Of a DNA stretch of 56,367 nt, positions 29,104-37,800 are shown piece by piece. The DNA comes from a virus. Its lineage: Duplodnaviria; Caudoviricetes. Positions within the stretch are counted from its first letter, which is position 1. Each line of letters starts with the position of its first letter. The notes beneath the pieces were generated by a model, which did no database searches, was not told the origin of the DNA, and saw nothing but the letters and a program-made list of their open reading frames with translations. Where the stretch lies: IMG/VR virus record IMGVR_UViG_3300020204_000079, positions 1-56,367 of that record. The stretch is one strand, 5' to 3'. A program made the translations under genes and the position numbers.

Positions 29104-30403
29104 CGCACCGCCGCCACCGGATTTCACGCCAATCGCTAACGCGATGAAAGAAATTGGCGGTCGAATGGAGTCGCTTGGAAATCGCCAAATGGCTTTTGCC
29201 CAGCAGCGATACGAAGAGACCATGCCTTTCTATCAGCGTATGGTTGCCTCCAACCTGGAAGGGCAGAGGCTTGCAATGCAGATAGCTAGAGAAAATGCTC
29301 AGGACAGGCAGGGCTACCGAGCGCTTGAAAATCAAATGCTGTCCGAGGCAATGAACCAGGACAGAAGTCAGATGCGCAACCTGTACGCGGGTCGAGCCGC
29401 CTCTGATGTTGAGCAAGCGATGTCAACAGCGCGTTCAACAGCTGTTCGCAATCTGTCGCGCATGGGTATCAACCCGAACGCCGCACGGTTTGCAGACCTG
29501 AACAATCAGATTGCCTTGCAGGGAGCAGCCATGAAGGCTGGTGCAATGACCAACGCCCGAATGGGCGCAGATCAGATGTATGAGGCTAAGCGTATTAACG
29601 CTCTGAACATTGGGAGAAACATGCCAGCCACGCAACTCAGCGCCATCGGCACTGGAGCAAACGTAGGCGGCAGCACCTCAGCTATGTTCAACAACCAGAG
29701 CGCCCCAATGTTCCAGGGTTACCAGGGTGCAATGCAAGGCATGCAGGGCAGCCTCGCCGCACAGGCGGGAATCGGTAACATGATGAATCAGGGCTACCAA
29801 AATCAAGTTGCTGCTTACAACGCAGAGAACGCTGGTATGGCTGGTTTAGGTCAGCTTGTCGGCGCTGGCATGTCGTTCTTTTCGTCCGAAGACATGAAGA
29901 AAGACAAGGCTTCAATCGGTCGCGGCAAAGCCCTAGATGCCGTTCGCAATATGCCCGTCGAATCCTGGCGCTACAAAGAGGGCGTAGCAGACGGCGGTCA
30001 GCATGTTGGTCCCTACGCTGAAGACTTTAAACGGGAAACTGGCTTGGGCACTGGCAAACAAATCCAAGCCCAGGACGCTATTGGCATCGCACTCGGAGCC
30101 ATTAAAGACTTGGACGCAAAGATTGATGCGTTGCGCGACGGCAAGCGGATGGCTGGCGGTGGCTCAGTGCGCGGCAAGAAGAACAAGGACGGGCGTGGTG
30201 GCGCTATTCGTGGACCGGGCACTGGCACTTCTGACGAAGTGCAAGCCAAGAACAAAGACACAGGCGAGCCGATCAGGCTTAGCAATGGCGAGTACATCTT
30301 GCCAGCAGACACTGTTCGCAAGGTTGGCAAAGCTGCGCTCGATAAGCTGGTTGAAGATACACATAAGCCAGTGCGCAAGTCAGCAATCGGAAAGGGTAAA
30401 TGA
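29093..30403 (+). CDS. Internal virion (ejection) protein with peptidase S74-like domain
   Basis: APPPPD N-terminus; A/Q/M/G-rich; SSEDMKK..WRYK..HVGPYAEDF; GPGTGTSD..LSNGEY. Confidence 0.7.
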   Translation: MCSDAPPPPDFTPIANAMKEIGGRMESLGNRQMAFAQQRYEETMPFYQRMVASNLEGQRLAMQIARENAQDRQGYRALENQMLSEAMNQDRSQMRNLYAGRAASDVEQAMSTARSTAVRNLSRMGINPNAARFADLNNQIALQGAAMKAGAMTNARMGADQMYEAKRINALNIGRNMPATQLSAIGTGANVGGSTSAMFNNQSAPMFQGYQGAMQGMQGSLAAQAGIGNMMNQGYQNQVAAYNAENAGMAGLGQLVGAGMSFFSSEDMKKDKASIGRGKALDAVRNMPVESWRYKEGVADGGQHVGPYAEDFKRETGLGTGKQIQAQDAIGIALGAIKDLDAKIDALRDGKRMAGGGSVRGKKNKDGRGGAIRGPGTGTSDEVQAKNKDTGEPIRLSNGEYILPADTVRKVGKAALDKLVEDTHKPVRKSAIGKGK

Positions 30404-31797
30404 TGCGAACAATGGCTATGCAGATGCCGCCTCAGCGTGGGATTGCTGACGTACTGAACGAGCAAGCCGACGCTAACGAACGCGGTCTTGAGGGCGACCG
30501 CCGATCAGCCCTGACCGTAAGTCAGCTGCAAGGCGAGCAACAGCGGCGCGAGCTTGCGACAAATGCAGACAGGCGCGCCAATGAAGCCGCACAGCGCGAT
30601 CAGATTCGATTTGGGTTTGAGACGGATCGTGCTGAGTTTGATAAACGCGAGCGTGAGCGCGTGGAAGAAATGCTGACGAGCTTCAGGGCTTCAGCAGATC
30701 GACATCTTTTTAAGAATGTGCCAGACGAGACAAAAGCCGCTATGGTGTTTGACGGAACTCCGGGAACTCTTGCGCAACCTCAGCCGACGAAGCGTGTTCC
30801 AGTCGACCTGTCTACCTCTGAAGGCTTAAAAGCAATTGCCAACTTTCAACAAGAAGTTTTTTCGGCTCGCGTTAAGGCTGGCAAGGTTGACCAGGGCGAG
30901 ATGACGCAACTGCTGACGTTTAGCAATATGCTGGAGCAGCGCGGCAACAGGGATATGTTTCGCAAAGCGCTGTCCGGCGATTCGGACGCCACGGCTCAAA
31001 TCGCCAAACTGGCAAACCTGGACCCTACCAGTCTAAAGATTGTTGGCGGGGTGAATAAGGATGGATTCCCAGATATTTTTGCGCTTTCATCAAAAACTGA
31101 GAACGGTAAAACGACTAACACAACAACACCAATCGGTCATCTGGCTGCTATTTATGCACCAGATATTTACGACGCAGTTGTTACTAAACCGCTTGGCACC
31201 AAGAAGGATCAGACTGTTATTTCGACTAGCCTGACGAACGCCGCAGCCAATACAACAAGCGCTAACGCAGCAATGATAAATGCCCTGACAAACAAGTCAA
31301 GGGCTAACAACAAGACCGCCAACGCTGATGCATTTAGCCAGCTGTCTAGCCTCGAACGGGGCTATGCCAAGAACAACTTTGCACCTGGGTTCACCCAGCG
31401 CGGACCCGACGGCAAAGCTCAGTCTGTTATTGATGACGAAGCAAGCAACATTGTTACTCGCATTGGTAGCGCACTCATTGACGGCACCGACGCAACAGGC
31501 GGTCAAGCTCATACTCGCGCGCGCGCTCTGCTTGGGAACTTTAATACACAAGCGCGACAAGACTACGACAAGCAGTATGCTCAGGCACAAACAATCTTTA
31601 ACACGGTTGTTAAGCAGGGCAAATCAATGGAAGTCACAAAGTCTGACGGAACAAAAGTCAAGCTCGATCCGAAGAACAAAGAGCAAGTCAGACTCATCCG
31701 CGAGCAGTTCAATAACATGGAGGAAAACGGGATTCAGATTTGGCAGGGAATTCGTAATGGCTACGCCAACGATTGGCTCAAACAAAATACAAGGTAA
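30400..31797 (+). CDS. Putative internal virion protein
   Basis: Helical, A/Q/N-rich; lies between the ejection gene and the giant gene. Confidence 0.65.
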   Translation: MMRTMAMQMPPQRGIADVLNEQADANERGLEGDRRSALTVSQLQGEQQRRELATNADRRANEAAQRDQIRFGFETDRAEFDKRERERVEEMLTSFRASADRHLFKNVPDETKAAMVFDGTPGTLAQPQPTKRVPVDLSTSEGLKAIANFQQEVFSARVKAGKVDQGEMTQLLTFSNMLEQRGNRDMFRKALSGDSDATAQIAKLANLDPTSLKIVGGVNKDGFPDIFALSSKTENGKTTNTTTPIGHLAAIYAPDIYDAVVTKPLGTKKDQTVISTSLTNAAANTTSANAAMINALTNKSRANNKTANADAFSQLSSLERGYAKNNFAPGFTQRGPDGKAQSVIDDEASNIVTRIGSALIDGTDATGGQAHTRARALLGNFNTQARQDYDKQYAQAQTIFNTVVKQGKSMEVTKSDGTKVKLDPKNKEQVRLIREQFNNMEENGIQIWQGIRNGYANDWLKQNTR

Positions 31798-31800
31798 GTT

Positions 31801-34800
31801 GTGTCTTACTCATTCGTAGACAGCATCACGAATCCTGGCGGTTCTAGCGAGGCTACTGCTAGACGGGCAGAAGCTATTAGGGATCGCATTGAAGACCAAG
31901 ATCGCGCTCGCATGGGCGGATATAACTTTGTCGACAACATCTCTGAAATTCAACAGCCACAGGCATTGCTGCGCGCGTCAGCAATACCAAATGACGTTGA
32001 ACAACCCCAAGAGGTAAAGACTCGCAATCCATTTAAGCAAGTTATCCCCAGGTCGCAAGAGGTTGTCGGCAACTTGGCAGAGGGTTACACCCGAGTGGCT
32101 AAGCCGTTCGGTGTTATTGATCAGACCATCAGTAAGGCATCGCCATTCCTGGGCAGCTTAAACTTGTTGCGCCGCACTATGCAGGGGCAAGAGGGGCTGG
32201 AGCAAGAAAAGCGCGGCTTAGATGAGCTACAAGCTTGGGCGCAAACACAAAAGGACGTAACCAAAGATGTTGGTTATGCCCCAACAAAGCAGCTTGGTGA
32301 CCTCGCAACCAACCCGCTAAATGTTGTACCGTTCGTTGCTGAGCGCGTTATTACCTCACTGCCTGACATGGCGGCTGCGGTCGTTGCGCCAAAGGCATAC
32401 ATTGCGGCACGAACCAATGAACTGCTGAACGAGCGCCTAAAGAACGACAACAAAACGCTGGAACAGGCAACTTTTGCCGATGTGGCGGCTGCTGCTACTG
32501 GCGCTGTCATAGAAACTACGCTGGAGCGGTTTGCCACAAAGAGCTTGCTTAAAGGCGGCGTGGGACAGGGTTCATCAGTTGGTGGGCGCATTGGTAGAGC
32601 AACCGCGCTCCAGTCTGGGACCGAGGGTCTTGAAGAAGGCGCAGCCAATCTTGCGGCAACCCTAGGGACAGAGCGGGGTGTCGACCTCAAAGAGCTTGGC
32701 GCTCAAATGCTTGAGGGCGCTATTGTTGGCGGCGGTCTAGGCGCTACCGTACAAAGCGGTAAAGAGGCTTACGTTAAAGCTACGCCTCAAAAAGACGCCG
32801 ACCGCAGATTCGCTGCTCTTGCGAGCGCGATTGATCAGGATGTCAACCAGACCACATTTGCGCAGTCTGGAATGGATGCCCAGGCGCGAATGGCTCTTGA
32901 CCCCAGTCTGACCCAAGAGCAACGCCGAGAAGTTTCTAATGTGCGTCTTCAAGACCTGGCGGACATTGCTGCTGCGGAGCGGGAAGCAGACGCTTCAGGT
33001 ACTACAACAGCTGTTATTAACAGTCAAACAGGCAATGAACCAGATAAAAATGTTGTGGGTAGCTCACCAGGTGAGCCTATCAACAACTTATCCACGTCCC
33101 CCGCGGCAGTAAACTTATCAACTACTGGGGACGCGGCAACAGATGTGGTTGCCCAGAGCGAGCAGAAATTCCTGGACGACCTGGACTTAGCCAGCCAACA
33201 GCAAAAACAAGCTGTTGAACAGCCCGAAACCCTAGCTGTTGCACTGAACGGTATTGCTGCTGACTTGCAACTTCAACCTAACGAAACGCTGAACGTAACC
33301 GAAGTCACTACCGACAAGCGGTTGAATAAGTTTGCAGAAGCGCTGAGCCAAGCGTTCGGCGTAAACGTACATTGGGTTGATTTTGGCGAACAAGGCATGA
33401 CGACCAGCACTGGTCGCAACCTTGGCGGCTTCAACGGCTATCGCCTGGACAACACGATCCTTGTGTCGCCGAATGCCGACTTTATGGACACGACGTGGCA
33501 TGAGTTAACGCACACGCTTGAAACCAAGTACCCAGAAATCTATGCACGGCTGCGCGACATCATAGTCAGCACTGCTGACCCAGTCGTAAAGCAACGTCTT
33601 TATGACGCACTAAATACCCGTCGCATGCAGGAGGTGGGTCAGCCCATGTCCGCAGCCCAACTTGAGTCTGAGTTGGTCGCTGTGGTTGTTGGACAGCAAT
33701 CAACAGACCCAGCCTTGCTTGGACAGCTGTTTGACAGCTTCCAGGACAAGACCCTGGCTCAGCAGTTCCGCGATGTTCTGACTGAAATCTTAGACCGCTT
33801 GTCCGCGGCGCTGCGTGGTCCTCAGTACATCAAAGACCGCCAGCGTGTTAATCAAGCCAGGGACGCAATCAAGACCGCGTTTGCTGAGTACCAAAAGCGT
33901 GAGGCTGCGAGGGTTGGCGGGACAGCACAAACAGCTGTTGCTACTGGTCAGCAGACGATAGCTGTTGCGACACAGCCCGCAACGCAGACCGTAGCACAGC
34001 CCGCCGCGCCGATTACCCAGACAGCCGCTCCGCCAGTTAAGCCTGAGAAGCAGGGCAAGTTTTCGCGTGAGGAATTGCTTGGTGCGCTGGTCAATGGTGA
34101 TGCGATAAGCGTTACTGATTTGATTGCTCACCCTGACATCTTTGCTGTTTATCAGCAGACCCGCGCTGTACTGCGTCGCGCACCGCCAGTCAAAAAAGTT
34201 TTTGATGACCGTGCGAAAGTCCTTGCTGACCGAGAAGGGATGACTCTTAAAAGCGGTCCAATTAAGAGCTTTGATCGCTCCTTCTCCAAGATTTGGTTCG
34301 ACTACAGCGGCGATCACACCAAGATCGGTGACGTGGTTCGATCAACCCTGGTGGTCAATGACTTGCGTGATTTGCAGGACATGATTAAAGCGACGACCAG
34401 TTTCTTTGATGGCGTAAGCATCAAGCGAAATGGCTGGGACCCAAATGCGCCAGTTCACCCCAGCGGCTACCGCGATGTCTTCTTCAGGGGCGCATCCTTC
34501 CTGAACTTCTCTGTCGAGTTACAGATGAACTTTGCCCCGATGATGGAGGCAAAAGAGATTGCGCATGGTTTCTACAAGATAGAGGATCAACTGCGCCGCG
34601 ACATCCTGAGCCAGGACAAACCCATGTCCCCTGGCGACATCTCAGCGGCTCAAGACCAAATCAGAGAATTGCAGCTTAAACAATTCCAGCTGTATAGCGT
34701 GGCGGCTCAGCGAGTCTTCGACGGGGCGAATGCGCCACGCCAAGCAGCTTCGGTCATAGGTACGCCCTCGGATGTCCAGGTGGACAAGCCGAACGAGCGC

Positions 34801-37800
34801 GGCGCTACCTCGCCGGTGCCCGGGTTGTCGTCCCAAGCCGACAATGTGCCGTCGGGCGCGCGGGTAACTGGTACACCCATAACCTCGAAGAAGGTGGTCC
34901 CTTCCGGGAACGAAGCCGGAATTTCCATATCTTTACCTCCTGTAACAATACCTAATAGTAATATACCACAGCAAGTTGATACTGTGCAAGAGCAGACCGA
35001 CGCTCCCAAAAAGGGTGTTAGTCAGTATTCGCGCTCAACCGTGTTGCTCATGCAGATGTCTGATGCAGATGCTCGACGCGCGATTGGCATGGACGCCAAG
35101 TCTAATAAGGTGCGCGATGTTGGCGCAGCCCTGAACGCCAAGACTCTCAAAGAGGACGGCGAAATTTCTGACAAGAACACCACCGAAGAGGCAATGAAAG
35201 AGATTGCCGACATCCTGGTGGGCGAGATTTCTTATCAACTGGGCACATCCGCAGACACCGGCACGGGCTTAGGCTGGTATTCAGCCAACTACCCCAACGC
35301 AGTTAAGCGATTGGCTCGCGTCTACCCAGAGTTGGACGAAGACGCGGGCGCGCGCAACGTGTTCACCGCCATTGTTGCCATCACCTCTAACGGTGAAAAG
35401 GTCTCGACCAACATCAGCAACGCCCTGAAGATTTACGACGGCTTCCGTGATGGCGGCGCTCTTCAGCCGGTTGGCACTCGCCGTGGCTCGATGAGCGCAA
35501 CCCTTGACCGACTGCAAGCACTGATTGATCAGTTCGGCATGGACGGTTTCAGCGACCATCTGTTGGAAGAGCTTACCGTTGGTCAAATCAACGCAAGCCT
35601 GCGAGCAGCCGGGAAGAAAGCTAACTCTAGCTACACAGCAGACACGGTGATGCCACGAGCCGCACTGTACTTTGGTCCCAAGCTGGGGGCTTTCTATGCC
35701 AACCTCATGGGGTCCGAGGGCTACCTCACTATGGATTTGTGGTGGAGCCGCACATTCAACCGCATTCGTGGGACGCTGATCCCTGAACCTACCAAGTCGA
35801 GTGTTGAGTCTGTTCGACAGCTGTTGGGCTTGCCAGAGAATGTGGACGACGAGGTCGTCGCACTGAGCGCCATCCCGTACCAAGAATCGTACAAGCAGAA
35901 GAAGTACAAGGGCGGTACAGAGCTTGAGAAGAAAGCGAACACACTGGTTAAAACGACGTTCCTTGAACTCAACGAGGCGCCGTTCCGGGCGAGCGACCGT
36001 AGCTTTATGATTGGCACCACGCTGATGGCTCAAGAGAAGCTATCCGATAACGGCGTCAAGCTGACCCTTGCTGACATTCAGGCGGCACTGTGGTACTACG
36101 AGAAACGGCTTTACGCGAAACTGACCGGAAGGAAAACAGATGACATCGGATACGAAGAAGCAATCATCGCCGCAGCAGAGGGTGATCGACCCCAGCGATC
36201 CCCTGCACGATTTAATCGAGGGGGAACTGGCGGGACTGTCGGGACAACAGTCGGTCGAGATGTTGCAACAGATGTTCCCGTCAACCAGCCAGAAGCCAGA
36301 ACCGAACCAACAGAAGTAGAAACTGTTGGACAGTACAGCCGACCGCTGGTGCTTGATGCCATCAACGGCAAGGCAACCGCGCCTGACCTGTTCATCATCA
36401 ACGAGAACCCCCGTGTTCTGACAGCTGTTGGTGCGCCGGAGGAGCCGCTTGTTATTAGCAAGCGCACGGTGATGAAAGTGTCTAATCCAGAGGGCGCTGG
36501 CAAATTCACCGAAGACTTCCGCGGCTACAACTCTGCTGGCTTCCAGGTGCAGCGCGCCAAGCGCATTGCCCTGACTGTTGATGAGTTGCGTTCAGTGCCT
36601 CGAATGATCGGCAATCCTGTTGCAATCATCAAGGTGATGCCTAACGCACAGCTAAACCGCCGTGAGTCGTACAAAGTGGTTCTCGACATGGTGAAAGAAG
36701 GCAACCCTGTTATCGCCATCGTCCAGCCTGGTGTGCCGCAGCGCAGTAAAGAAACTGGCGTCACCATGCGAGCCAGCGAGATCGCCTCGATCTACCCCGT
36801 AAACCAAGAGTCGTCGCTGCGTGAGACCAACAGCGAGATTGCTGCTCAACAGCTGTTGTACTTCAACAAAGGTAAAGCTACCGTCCTGGCAAGCAAAATT
36901 GGAAGCAAGCTTTCTGCACTAACAAGCGGGGCAACTGGTCTGCGCAGCAAGAAGCCCGGTGACTTCCGAAGCCTGGAGTATGACCTCCACCCGAAGAGCA
37001 ACTTCAGCCGCAGCATGGCGGAGGATATAGCGCTTCAGGAAGAGTTCTTGATAGAGCGAGCCAAAGAGTCTGGCTTTGAAAATGTAGACGCCTGGATCGA
37101 CGCTGACTACAACGGGTTTGTTAAGTCTGCTGCTGAGTGGCGCTCGCAAAATCCTGTCAACGAAGGATTCTTCTCTCGCCGCGTCGCATTGCAAGGCAAC
37201 AAGTTCACCCTACCGGCGCGCACGGTTCGTGAGAAGTATCTTGAGAACCTGTTTCAGAACCGCATGTCCAGGGTGGAAGACATCCAACAGGCTGTTCAAC
37301 AGCAGGGTGGAACGCTCGACATCAAGGACAGCGCAGGCAATGTACTTGGCAGCACAGACATTACGGCTGCTTCTCAGCGGATGCGGGGTGCTGTTCGTGG
37401 TCGTTTAGATCGATTCAAGAAAGAGGTCGAGATTCCACTGATTGAGGACGCAGCTAAGGCTGGCGTTGACTTGGATGAAGCCGCTCAGTACCTCTACGCC
37501 ATGTATGCACCAGAGCGCAACCTGATCATTCAGACTAGGAACCCCTCACAGTTCCCAACTGACGGTGGCTCGGGTATGACTAACGCAGAAGCAGCAAAGA
37601 TTGTTGCTGACTTCCGTAAGCGCGCGGACTTCCCCGTGTTCCAAGCGATTGCTAAGCGATTCCAGGACATCACCAATATGACCCAGAGTATCTTGGTGAA
37701 TGAAGGCTTGGTTGACGCAGCGACCGTGAATCAGTGGAAGGCTGAGAATCCAAACTATGTACCTCTGCGAGGCTTTGAGAGCGTGGACGAAGAGACTGGC

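Noticed and set aside
35281-36509. Other antisense ORFs in the giant gene (35281-36033, 36111-36509)
   Set aside because: No SD or promoter seen and they overlap conserved sense domains, unlike 34707-34928
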